This document shows, piece by piece, positions 32,765 through 41,502 of a DNA stretch of 64,000 bases; position 1 is the first letter of the stretch; each line of letters begins with the position of its first letter. Position numbers and translations under genes: made by a program. The DNA comes from a virus. The notes under the pieces were generated by a model. That model was not told where the DNA came from. It saw only the letters and a program-made list of their open reading frames with translations, and did no database searches. The stretch lies in IMG/VR virus record IMGVR_UViG_3300045988_168437. One strand, 5' to 3'.

Positions 32765-33317
32765 GGTTGCATTTACTGGACATAGACCAAATGGTTTATA
32801 TGGATATGATATGAATGCCTATAAATATATTGAATTAGAACTTAAAATTGAGCAAACTATCAGATGGTTAATTCAAAAGTATGGTTCTAATGATTTTTAT
32901 ACAGGTGGAGCTTTAGGATTTGATACGCTTGTAGCAAAAATCTTAATAAACTTTAGAAAAAATGAATATCCAAATATTCAAGATTATGTATGTGTTCCTT
33001 TCAAAGAGCAATATAAGGCTTGGAGTAAAGAACAAATAAAAGAATGGTTATATATTGTAAATAATTGTTATAAATCATTTGCAATTGATACAATAGAAGG
33101 TTATACTTGTAATAAGGCAGAAATTGGAAAATATCATCCATATAAAATGGAATTAAGAAACCAATATATGGTAGATAATTGCGATATTCTTATTGCTTGT
33201 TGGAATGAGGAGAAACATGGAGGAACTTACAACTGTGTTAGATATGCTTTAGAGAATAATAAAAAAGTTTTAGTCATAAACCCTCAAACCTTAAAAACAA
33301 ATAAAATTAACTTTTAG
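32751..33317 (+). CDS. SLOG / DUF1273 (YpsA/YoqJ-like) protein (from memory)
   Basis: N-terminus KVAFTGHRPNGLYGYD... and GGALGFDTL. Confidence 0.45.
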   Translation: MISYKVAFTGHRPNGLYGYDMNAYKYIELELKIEQTIRWLIQKYGSNDFYTGGALGFDTLVAKILINFRKNEYPNIQDYVCVPFKEQYKAWSKEQIKEWLYIVNNCYKSFAIDTIEGYTCNKAEIGKYHPYKMELRNQYMVDNCDILIACWNEEKHGGTYNCVRYALENNKKVLVINPQTLKTNKINF

Positions 33318-33331
33318 GAGGAGACAAAGAA

Positions 33332-33838
33332 ATGGAAGTTTACAAATTATTAGAAAAAGGAATTGGAAGTTTCCCAGGAGATAATGGGACAGAATGGATG
33401 AATAAAGAATTCGCCCTTATACACAAAGGAGCTATAGCTACTACATTATTTGGACCACTAGAGTCATCTGGTGCAGAATTATTTGGAATTTCAGAACTTA
33501 CATTTAAAAATCACTTTGTAAGAACTGGAGAAACAAATAATCCAATAGTAAAAAAAATAGCAACAATGTATAAAGAAATTTCAACAGATATAGAAAAAGA
33601 TATATTATCTGATATGTTAAAAACAAAATTAGGAATATCTGATAAAGAAGAAAAGAAAAAGGAAACAGTAAATAAGAGTTTAGATTTCTTAGACTTTTTA
33701 AATAAAATATTTGATGTAGATACTGATTCAGATGAAGAATGTGATGTAGATATAGAAGAAAGATTAGACAGAATGGAGCAAAAATTAGATAGAATAGAAT
33801 CTGTAATAGATAGAATAGCTGCTTTCTGCAAATTATAA
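33332..33838 (+). CDS. hypothetical protein
   Basis: ORF track with AGGAGGAG SD. Confidence 0.65.
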   Translation: MEVYKLLEKGIGSFPGDNGTEWMNKEFALIHKGAIATTLFGPLESSGAELFGISELTFKNHFVRTGETNNPIVKKIATMYKEISTDIEKDILSDMLKTKLGISDKEEKKKETVNKSLDFLDFLNKIFDVDTDSDEECDVDIEERLDRMEQKLDRIESVIDRIAAFCKL

Positions 33839-33848
33839 AGCATTTTAA

Positions 33849-33877
33849 GGTAGTCAAAATTTTGGCTACCATTTTTT
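33849..33877 (+). terminator. rho-independent terminator
   Basis: GGTAGTC-AAAATTTT-GGCTACC followed by ATTTTTT. Confidence 0.7.
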
Positions 33878-33887
33878 ATAAAATCAG

Positions 33888-33916
33888 TTGACATACTAAT
33901 ACAAAAAATATATAAT
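33888..33916 (+). promoter_or_regulatory. sigma-70-type promoter
   Basis: CAGTTGACA, 17 nt spacer, TATAAT. Confidence 0.7.
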
Positions 33917-33941
33917 TAATATATACGAAAGGAGAATGAAA

Positions 33942-34715
33942 ATGTTAGAAGTTTTATATTGTGACGAAAAGGTAATAATAGACACTTTAGCTGAAAGTTT
34001 AGTAATAGGTGGACTACCTATGAATGACAAAATTCCTACGCAAGAAGATTTAACTAATGAAATAGAGGATTTAAAACTTAAATTAAAGTTAATTTGGGCA
34101 CATAAAAAGTTATTTAATTTTGACAAAAATAATAAAATTATAAGACTTAAAAAAGATTTAACAGAAGAGGACTTAAAAAAATCTTATATTGAACCAGAAG
34201 AAATACCTATGATAAATAAAATATGTGAACAGTTAGATGTCTATTGTAAAAGAGGTAGAACTCTTGGAAATGTCCCAACAGGAAGTGGACACAACTCTTT
34301 ATTCAAAGGAGTTCAGTTTAATATGGTGGTTAACTTTCCATTATATTGGCTTAAAGAGTATCAGAGGTATCATTTTACAGATATAATATCTAGTCAATCT
34401 ACTATGCATAAAATATTAAAATTTAATTTAGATGATATGTTCAGTAATGAAGTTGACCCAAGATGTATCTCTGTAATCAAAGAATTAAAATGTGAGTATG
34501 AACAGGAAGAAAATAAAGACAAAAAGAAACAAATATGGAGAAGAATAATAAATAGTTTACCAGACGGATTTACAATGTCTATGGGAATCACAATGAACTA
34601 TTTGCAATTAACAACTATGATTCCCCAACGTAGACACCATAAATTATCTGAATGGTCCAAAGATTTAATTCCTTTCTTTGAATCCTTACCATATTATGAT
34701 TTCTTTTTAATATAA
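33942..34715 (+). CDS. hypothetical protein
   Basis: ORF track. The second in-frame ATG has the better SD spacing (AAAGGAGAA); 33936 is an alternative start. Confidence 0.6.
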   Translation: MLEVLYCDEKVIIDTLAESLVIGGLPMNDKIPTQEDLTNEIEDLKLKLKLIWAHKKLFNFDKNNKIIRLKKDLTEEDLKKSYIEPEEIPMINKICEQLDVYCKRGRTLGNVPTGSGHNSLFKGVQFNMVVNFPLYWLKEYQRYHFTDIISSQSTMHKILKFNLDDMFSNEVDPRCISVIKELKCEYEQEENKDKKKQIWRRIINSLPDGFTMSMGITMNYLQLTTMIPQRRHHKLSEWSKDLIPFFESLPYYDFFLI

Positions 34716-34753
34716 AATTCATTAATAAAATAAAAAAACAGGAGGATTTTATA

Positions 34754-35617
34754 ATGGCGAAAGTAAATATGAAATCAACAAAAGCAGAGATTTTTGAAAA
34801 ATTACAAGAAGTTGAAAAACAACTTGAAGCAGAAAGAAACTCTAAGAAAACAGCAGTAGATGTAGCTCAAGAAAAAGTTGCTACAGAAAGAAAAGTAAAG
34901 GTAAATAACCTAGTAGGGAAAGAAATTCTTTCACAAGAAATAATAGACGGATATAATGCTTTAAAAGAAGAAGAAGTGTCTATAAAGAAAAGAATAAAAG
35001 ATTTATATGACATAGAAGTTAATTTAAATACTTTAGATGCTTTAAAAATAGTACATAAAGAAGAACTAGAAAAACATAAAGCAGAATTAGAATCTATTAA
35101 CGAAGAAATAAAAACTTCAAAACTTGAAACTCAAAGAGAAAGAGAAGAGGAAGAAAAAGAATATATATTCCAAAGAGATAAAAAGAGAAAAGCAGAACAA
35201 AGAGAATATGAAACTCAAAAGACAGAAAGAGAAATTGCTATCAGAGAAAAAGAAAGAGCAGTTGAAGTTAGGGAAAATGACATAGCAAATAAAGAAGAAG
35301 AAATTTCTAATTTATATAAAGAAATAACAGAGTTAAAACTTCTTGCAGAAGAAAAATACAAAGAAGGTTTAGAAAAAGGGAAGAAAGACGAATCTAAATC
35401 AAATGTATTTGAAAAGAGAGCTTTAGAAAATAAACATAGTGCTGAAATAGAAAAACTACAAAATAAAATAGAAATCTTAGAAGATAGCTTATCAACTGAA
35501 AAACAAAGAAATATAGACTTATCTTCTAAATTAGATAAAGCTTATGAAAAAATAAATAATACTGCTTTAGAAGTTGCTAAAAACTCAGGCACTAAAATCT
35601 TGAATGACAATAAATAA
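34754..35617 (+). CDS. K/E-rich coiled-coil protein
   Basis: ORF track with AGGAGGA SD. Confidence 0.65.
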   Translation: MAKVNMKSTKAEIFEKLQEVEKQLEAERNSKKTAVDVAQEKVATERKVKVNNLVGKEILSQEIIDGYNALKEEEVSIKKRIKDLYDIEVNLNTLDALKIVHKEELEKHKAELESINEEIKTSKLETQREREEEEKEYIFQRDKKRKAEQREYETQKTEREIAIREKERAVEVRENDIANKEEEISNLYKEITELKLLAEEKYKEGLEKGKKDESKSNVFEKRALENKHSAEIEKLQNKIEILEDSLSTEKQRNIDLSSKLDKAYEKINNTALEVAKNSGTKILNDNK

Positions 35618-35640
35618 TATTTAGATGGGGGCTGATATAT

Positions 35641-36588
35641 TTGGCTAAAATAAAATTTAATGAAGTAGTTATATCTGGGGAAGTTCTTGATTTATTTAAT
35701 CCAAGAATAACTCCAATTAAATCTAAAGATGCAGATGGAGTTGAATTTGACAATGAAATGTTATCATATCAAATTCAAGTAGAAACAGGAAAAGACGAAA
35801 GTAAAGTTGTTGATATTAATTCAAGAAAATTTAACTTTGATGGAACACCTTCTCAAGATTATATGAGAAAGAAAACTTTAGGGAATGACCTAGAAACTAG
35901 AGCAGAAAATGAAGAAGGTGGAGAATTAGTTAGATGTACAGGTTCTTTAATAGGAAATGTTTACTACAATAAAGAGGGCGAATTAGTGCAAGGATATAGA
36001 ATAGACTGCCAATTCTGTAATAGAAAATCAGACAGTAAATTCAATATCTATAAAACTCAAAACTGGAAAGCATATGCTCTTATAAAAGAAATTGTAGAAA
36101 TGGAAGATTCTCTAAACGGACAACCTTATTTATTAGTTACTTTAGCTATAAACAAATGGGTTAAAAAAGACAGAACAAATGCTGCTTGGAGTATAGTTAA
36201 AGCTAGAACTTATGACAATATAGAAGTATTCAAAAAAATGTATAAAGTTGGAGATGTAGCTTTCTTTAAAGGAAAATTTAGTTCTCATATGGTAGAAGAA
36301 ACAGGTGCATTTGGTGAATGCAATACTAGAAAAACAGAATCCTTTTTAGAAATAAAAGGAGGGAAACCACCTGTACAAGAAACTCTTGAAAATGGAGAAT
36401 TTTCTGTATTAGATAAAGAAATATGTTCAGATGAAAAATATCCTTTTACAAAAGAACTTGTTGAAATACAAGAAAAAGCCTATGAAGAAGAATTAGCTAG
36501 AGCCAAAGAGAAATGGGTTAAAAAACAAGAAGAAGAAGTAAACACATCATCACAAATGGAAATAACTGACGATGACATACCATTCTAG
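35641..36588 (+). CDS. ssb: SSB-like protein with canonical acidic C-terminal tip
   Basis: The C-terminus ends ...EITDDDIPF (bacterial SSB tail motif). Sits in a recombination/replication gene context. TTG start. Confidence 0.55.
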   Translation: MAKIKFNEVVISGEVLDLFNPRITPIKSKDADGVEFDNEMLSYQIQVETGKDESKVVDINSRKFNFDGTPSQDYMRKKTLGNDLETRAENEEGGELVRCTGSLIGNVYYNKEGELVQGYRIDCQFCNRKSDSKFNIYKTQNWKAYALIKEIVEMEDSLNGQPYLLVTLAINKWVKKDRTNAAWSIVKARTYDNIEVFKKMYKVGDVAFFKGKFSSHMVEETGAFGECNTRKTESFLEIKGGKPPVQETLENGEFSVLDKEICSDEKYPFTKELVEIQEKAYEEELARAKEKWVKKQEEEVNTSSQMEITDDDIPF

Positions 36589-36601
36589 GAAAGGAGAAAA
36601 T

Positions 36602-37219
36602 ATGGAAGAAGTAAAAGAAACACCAGTTGTTAATGAAGAATTAGAAAACCTTAAAAAAGAAAAAGAAACAGCACTTAAAAAAGTGACTGTTTTATCACAA
36701 GAAAATGAAATGTTGAGTTCTATAATAGAAGATTATCAAAAAGAATCGGGAGTTAAATTCAATCTTAACAAAGGAAAATTACTTCCTGCTTTGGTAGCTA
36801 CACAAATGGAATTAAAAGAGGTTGAAAAAAGTAGTGAAAACCCTTTCTTTAATTCTAGTTATGCAGATTTATCTACGATAATAAAAGAGACAAGACCAAT
36901 CCTAGCAAAACATGGCTTAGTAGTCGTACAAGCTCCGATTAATGGTAAAATGGGATTAGATAAGAAACCAACACTTACAGTAAAAACAATTCTTTTCCAT
37001 GAGGATGGAGAATTTATAGAATATGATTCAACTACCTTTGCTCCAAAAAACCCAGCAGATATACAGGCTTGGGGTTCTGCTATGACTTATTTAAAACGTT
37101 ATACTTTGCAATCATTATTATGCATTTCTTTCAAAGTAGAGGACGATGACGGAAATTCAAATAGTGGAAAATCACCAGTTAAAGCTACTCCAACAAAGAC
37201 AAAAGGTAATAGACTATAG
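36602..37219 (+). CDS. ERF-family single-strand annealing recombinase
   Basis: ENPFFNSSYADLSTIIKETRPILAKHGLVVVQ pattern. Start set at the ATG after AAAGGAGAAAAT. Confidence 0.7.
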   Translation: MEEVKETPVVNEELENLKKEKETALKKVTVLSQENEMLSSIIEDYQKESGVKFNLNKGKLLPALVATQMELKEVEKSSENPFFNSSYADLSTIIKETRPILAKHGLVVVQAPINGKMGLDKKPTLTVKTILFHEDGEFIEYDSTTFAPKNPADIQAWGSAMTYLKRYTLQSLLCISFKVEDDDGNSNSGKSPVKATPTKTKGNRL

Positions 37220-37226
37220 AAAAGGA

Positions 37227-37257
37227 ATAGGTGAGCTTTCGGGTTCGCCTATTTTTT
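37227..37257 (+). terminator. hairpin plus T-tract (terminator or attenuator) overlapping the start region of the next ORF
   Basis: ATAGGTGAGC-loop-GGTTCGCCTAT followed by TTTTT. Confidence 0.4.
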
Positions 37258-37794
37258 ATGGCTAGAACTGTTAAATGTAAATATTGTAATAAAAAAATTT
37301 TAAATACAGAGGCTTTTAAGCAAGAAGTTTCTGTAGGGAGTAAAACTCAAAACTGGTATTTTTGCAATAAAGAAGAGGCAAGACAGTATAGAATAGATTT
37401 AGACACATGGAAAACTATCATGTTTGCACTTGATGTCTTAGCAAAAGACAAAATAGCACATAGCAGTAAAGCAAAGAAAATGAATGATATTTTGAATCAA
37501 GGTTACACAAAAACAGATATATATTGTTGTTTAGTTGAAATGGTTAATGATATTTATCTTGAAAGTAAAATGAAGTATGACATAGAGACCCCTTATCAAA
37601 AATTGTGTTATCTTAGTGCAGTAATAGAAAACAACATAGCTAGGATTCACAAAGATAATACTAGAGCAAATATGGAGCAGCAATATACTCCAACTGTAGA
37701 AGTCTTTAAAGAGCAAACAAAGGTAAAAAATAATAGAAGAAAAACATTGAGGGATAAAATAAATGAAAAACTTCAAGATAATAACAAAGAATAG
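37231..37794 (+). CDS. zinc-finger-containing hypothetical protein
   Basis: ORF track (GTG start); alternative ATG at 37258. Contains CKYC...C. Confidence 0.55.
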   Translation: MSFRVRLFFMARTVKCKYCNKKILNTEAFKQEVSVGSKTQNWYFCNKEEARQYRIDLDTWKTIMFALDVLAKDKIAHSSKAKKMNDILNQGYTKTDIYCCLVEMVNDIYLESKMKYDIETPYQKLCYLSAVIENNIARIHKDNTRANMEQQYTPTVEVFKEQTKVKNNRRKTLRDKINEKLQDNNKE

Positions 37795-39343
37795 AAAACA
37801 AATAGAATCTCTTGTTTTAGGAGGTTTCTTAAGCAACTTAGATTTTTATGGAACTTACAATAAAATAAGCGACAAAGATTTTAGAATTGAAGAAATTAAA
37901 TTCTTTTTTAACATAGCAAAAACTATCAGTAAAAAATATAAAGAATTAGATGAATTTAGCATCATGGAATTAATTTCAGGAAACAAAGAATCTAAGATTA
38001 AATATGAAAAATATGGTGGTTGGGATGCAATAGAAGAATATATAGATAACTCAAATCCAAACAATATAGATGCATATATAGATAATTTAGCAAAAAATAA
38101 TTATTTATTATATTTAGATGAAAAAGGCATTGATTTAGTTGAAGAAATTGAAATAGAGGGAACTATGATTTCTCCTTTAGATTTATTTTCTACATGGACT
38201 TGTGCAGAAGTTGGAGCTTTTTACGAAGGAATAGTTGCAAAAGGAGAAGTTCAGTCTATTAATAAAAAATACAAAAGAGAAAGTCTTCTGTTTAGTGATG
38301 AAGAAATAATAAACTTGCAAGATAAAGTCGAAGCAGGAACTCCATACAATGTCATATTTGAATATACAGACAAAGAAATCGGGATGGGAGATTCAGAAGA
38401 GCCAAGGTATATTTATGGACTTCCTCTTACTTCTAATAAAACATCAGGAATGGGCAAAGGTGGAGGAGTTTCTTTTATAGCTGGTTATTCAGGTATAGGG
38501 AAATCAACTTTAACTTTCATTGATATTATTCTACCGCTTATCTATCAAGGAGAGAAAATAGTTATGTTCTCCAATGAACAAGGCTCTTTATATTTTAAGA
38601 CTATCTTATATTCATTTGTAGCTTATAATGTATTTGGATATAAAAACCTAAGAAGAAGTGACATTGTTAATGGGGAATTTGATGCCGAAAGTCTTGAAAT
38701 TATGAAAAAAGTTAAAAAATTCCTTCAAGATAGAGAATATGACGAATTATTGACTTTTTATGAGTTAGAAGACTTTGACATTAGTGAAATTCTAAAAGTG
38801 GCAACAAGTTTAGTAACTCATGAAGGATATACTGGAATACTGGTAGATACTTTCAAAAGTGAAGATATGGCAGATGCACAATATGTTGGAAAAATATTAG
38901 AAAATGCGAAACAAATAGATAAATTTGGAAATAAATATAAAATATTAACTTTTTTAACTATGCAATTAACTCCCGCTACTACTGATAAAAACGCTTATTT
39001 GACCGTAGGAGAGCTTTCTGAATGTAAGGCAATAGTTACTGTGGCAGATTTATTATTCCTCGTTAGAAGGGTAATAAACGACTTAGAACTAGATGAAAAA
39101 AATAAAAAATATTATTTAAATCCATATAGGCTTAAATACAACGAAGTAACAGAAGAATATGAAAGAGAATATATACAATTTAATGAAGAAGATTTAAAGA
39201 AAGACTATAGACTTGTATTTCTTACAAAATCACGAAGAGGGGGAGATGGAATGATTATTTTGTTAAGATTTAATGGGACAACAGGCTGGTTTAAAGAAAT
39301 TGGCTATGTCAGTCATGTATATAGAGGGCCACTTAGCTATTGA
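37763..39343 (+). CDS. dnaB: DnaB-like replicative helicase
   Basis: Walker A GYSGIGKSTLTF. DnaB-type N-terminal region. Adjacent primase gene. Confidence 0.75.
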   Translation: MKNFKIITKNRKQIESLVLGGFLSNLDFYGTYNKISDKDFRIEEIKFFFNIAKTISKKYKELDEFSIMELISGNKESKIKYEKYGGWDAIEEYIDNSNPNNIDAYIDNLAKNNYLLYLDEKGIDLVEEIEIEGTMISPLDLFSTWTCAEVGAFYEGIVAKGEVQSINKKYKRESLLFSDEEIINLQDKVEAGTPYNVIFEYTDKEIGMGDSEEPRYIYGLPLTSNKTSGMGKGGGVSFIAGYSGIGKSTLTFIDIILPLIYQGEKIVMFSNEQGSLYFKTILYSFVAYNVFGYKNLRRSDIVNGEFDAESLEIMKKVKKFLQDREYDELLTFYELEDFDISEILKVATSLVTHEGYTGILVDTFKSEDMADAQYVGKILENAKQIDKFGNKYKILTFLTMQLTPATTDKNAYLTVGELSECKAIVTVADLLFLVRRVINDLELDEKNKKYYLNPYRLKYNEVTEEYEREYIQFNEEDLKKDYRLVFLTKSRRGGDGMIILLRFNGTTGWFKEIGYVSHVYRGPLSY

Positions 39344-40416
39344 TTGAACAAATAATAAATTCCTTCTCAAGTAACGATATCATTAACTTCATGAAAATAG
39401 TCTTTGATGCCGACATTTTATTTGAAAATAACGAGAGATTAGTCTTTTCTACAGAAGTTTGTCATGGTGGAGATAGCCATAATTTAGTTTATTTTAAAAG
39501 TAATCATCTTTTCTTTTGTAGGACTCATTGTAATAATATTGGGTCACTTCTTGATTTAGTTATGAAAAATAAAAACTGTAATGAATCTGCTGCTACTGAT
39601 ATTATATTAGAATTTGTAAATCTTAGAAGAGAAGGTTATGAGTTTGATTTTGATTCAAGCATAGAGAATGTTGAAAAACAAACTGTAGATGACATTGAAA
39701 TAGAATTTTTACCTACAATAGATAAACCATTCCTTCATAGAATATTTAGTAACAGAACTATTAAGTGTTGGGAATCTGAATTCATTACAAAAGAAACTAT
39801 GCAAAAATATGAAATAAGATATGACATAGAACGTAATCAAATTATAATTCCACACTTTTGTTGGAACTCTCGACATAGAGTGGTAGGGATTAGAGTTCGA
39901 AATTTAGATTCTAAGGTATCTGAAAAATATGGAAAGTATATTCCTTTGACTTATCATGGAGTATCTTATAATCATGCATTATCAAAGAATTTATATGGAT
40001 TTAATTTTAATAAAAAGTTCATTAAAAAAAAGAAAAAGGTAATTATTTTTGAAGGTGAGAAATCTGTTTTACAGATGGATTCATTTTATAGAGATAAAAA
40101 TTTAGCAGTAGCAGTTTGTGGAAGTGCTTTAAATATTTTTCAAAAGAAAATTCTTATAGATAATGGAGTTAAAGATATTACAATAGCTTTTGATAAGCAA
40201 TTTCAAAAAACGGGGGACGAAGAATATTATATTTGGAAAGAAAAAATAAAGAAAATTACAATGGACTTAAGAGGGATTGTTGATGTTTATGTTATTTGGG
40301 ATACCAATAATATCCTCGATTATAAGGATAGTCCATCAGATAAAGGTAAGAAAATATTTGAACAATTGTACAAAGAAAGAATCAGATTGGAGGATTTTTA
40401 TGAGCAAGAGCTTTAA
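39340..40416 (+). CDS. dnaG: DnaG-like primase (zinc finger plus TOPRIM)
   Basis: CHGGDSHNLV..FFCRTHC, TOPRIM VIIFEGEKSVLQ and ITIAFDKQ. Confidence 0.6.
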   Translation: MIEQIINSFSSNDIINFMKIVFDADILFENNERLVFSTEVCHGGDSHNLVYFKSNHLFFCRTHCNNIGSLLDLVMKNKNCNESAATDIILEFVNLRREGYEFDFDSSIENVEKQTVDDIEIEFLPTIDKPFLHRIFSNRTIKCWESEFITKETMQKYEIRYDIERNQIIIPHFCWNSRHRVVGIRVRNLDSKVSEKYGKYIPLTYHGVSYNHALSKNLYGFNFNKKFIKKKKKVIIFEGEKSVLQMDSFYRDKNLAVAVCGSALNIFQKKILIDNGVKDITIAFDKQFQKTGDEEYYIWKEKIKKITMDLRGIVDVYVIWDTNNILDYKDSPSDKGKKIFEQLYKERIRLEDFYEQEL

Positions 40417-40720
40417 GAAAATACCAATTTGTCTTGATAAAACAGGAAAGAAATATAAAAAATTAAGTAATAAAATCATTAGACGATATAATAGAGAGCT
40501 TGTACAAAATCTCCACTTAAACAACTATGATACAGATGATTATATTGGATTTTATGTAAAGGAAATTCCAAACGGGAATACATATAAACATGTGTTTCAA
40601 AGTTGGGATATTTGTGATTGGAAGATTGAAATATCTTTTGAGGAATATCTTGATTTTTGGAATATAGAATCCAATAAAGAGTCTTATAGAGATTGGTATA
40701 CGAGATATATCATGAAATAG
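40400..40720 (+). CDS. hypothetical protein
   Basis: Start moved to the ATG at 40400, after GGAGGA. The track N-terminus overlaps the primase gene. Confidence 0.55.
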   Translation: MSKSFKKIPICLDKTGKKYKKLSNKIIRRYNRELVQNLHLNNYDTDDYIGFYVKEIPNGNTYKHVFQSWDICDWKIEISFEEYLDFWNIESNKESYRDWYTRYIMK

Positions 40721-40751
40721 TTGACAAACTTAAACGGAAAGGAAATAAAAA

Positions 40752-41411
40752 ATGTATAATTATAAGTATGCTAGAATTATAGATTCTCTATGTACAAGAC
40801 CAACATATACTGAATTTATTAGTAAATATTTTAAAGAATGGCTTCCTTCATTCTCTTATGATAAATTACCTGAAAACGGAGAAAAAGTTGTTGTCTTAGG
40901 GAGTCAAGTAGAGGAAAATACAGAAGAATTGATTTATTTAGTTAGAAGTATTTTTACAGGGAATGTTTATATGATAGATGACGAAGGAATTGACTTTACA
41001 AATATAAAAGATTTCTTATGTCCAGGAATGAATATACAGTTAAAAAATGGAACTTGGTATTTCGTTTCGCACAATAAAGAATCTCTTATAAAAGAGAAAA
41101 ATTATAGAATCCCATTAAAGTCATATGATTCAAATTTAAGCCATATAGAAGGAATGGAACAATGGGATATATCATCTGTAGTTATTAATTTAAATGGCAC
41201 TACATGGCGAATATGGGAACGAAAAAAGGTAGATTGGAGTAAAGTTCCAAAAGACACAAGAGTATTTGTAAGAGATTCTACAGATAAAGAATGGAAGAAA
41301 GCTCATTTTGCTCTTTATGATAAAGGAACTTTTTATGTTTATCAAGAAGGAATGTCTTCTTGGACGGCAGAGAAAATTTATCCATACAGATATTGCGAGT
41401 TAGCAAAATAA
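40752..41411 (+). CDS. hypothetical protein with C-terminal DWSKVP...W domain (paralogue family)
   Basis: VDWSKVPKDTRVFVRDSTDKEWKKAHFALYDKGTFYVYQEGMSSWT. Confidence 0.65.
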   Translation: MYNYKYARIIDSLCTRPTYTEFISKYFKEWLPSFSYDKLPENGEKVVVLGSQVEENTEELIYLVRSIFTGNVYMIDDEGIDFTNIKDFLCPGMNIQLKNGTWYFVSHNKESLIKEKNYRIPLKSYDSNLSHIEGMEQWDISSVVINLNGTTWRIWERKKVDWSKVPKDTRVFVRDSTDKEWKKAHFALYDKGTFYVYQEGMSSWTAEKIYPYRYCELAK

Positions 41412-41418
41412 TGCAATC

Positions 41419-41456
41419 AAGACTATTGGATTATTTCTAATAGTCTTATTTTATTT
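41419..41456 (+). terminator. rho-independent terminator
   Basis: AAGACTATT-loop-AATAGTCTT followed by ATTTTATTT. Confidence 0.65.
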
Positions 41457-41467
41457 CCAAAAATTAG

Positions 41468-41496
41468 TTGACATACTAATATAAAAAATATATAAT
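41468..41496 (+). promoter_or_regulatory. sigma-70-type promoter; the -10 ends 6 nt before the recJ ATG
   Basis: TAGTTGACA, 17 nt spacer, TATAAT. Confidence 0.65.
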
Positions 41497-41502
41497 TAAG
41501 AT

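Noticed and set aside
33942-34715. ThyX-like thymidylate synthase call (QRYHFTDIISSQS..., QRRHHKLSEW loosely resemble the RHRxxSxxxxSxR and C-terminal motifs)
   Set aside because: The resemblance is too weak and gapped to support a call without an HMM or structure search. Kept as hypothetical.
40721-40751. TTGACAAACTTAAAC motifs at 40721 and 51206, and TTGACA at 49186, as promoters
   Set aside because: They share the -35 and flank of the promoter family but have no acceptable -10 at 16-18 nt. The 51206 copy lies inside coding sequence. They are probably decayed copies.
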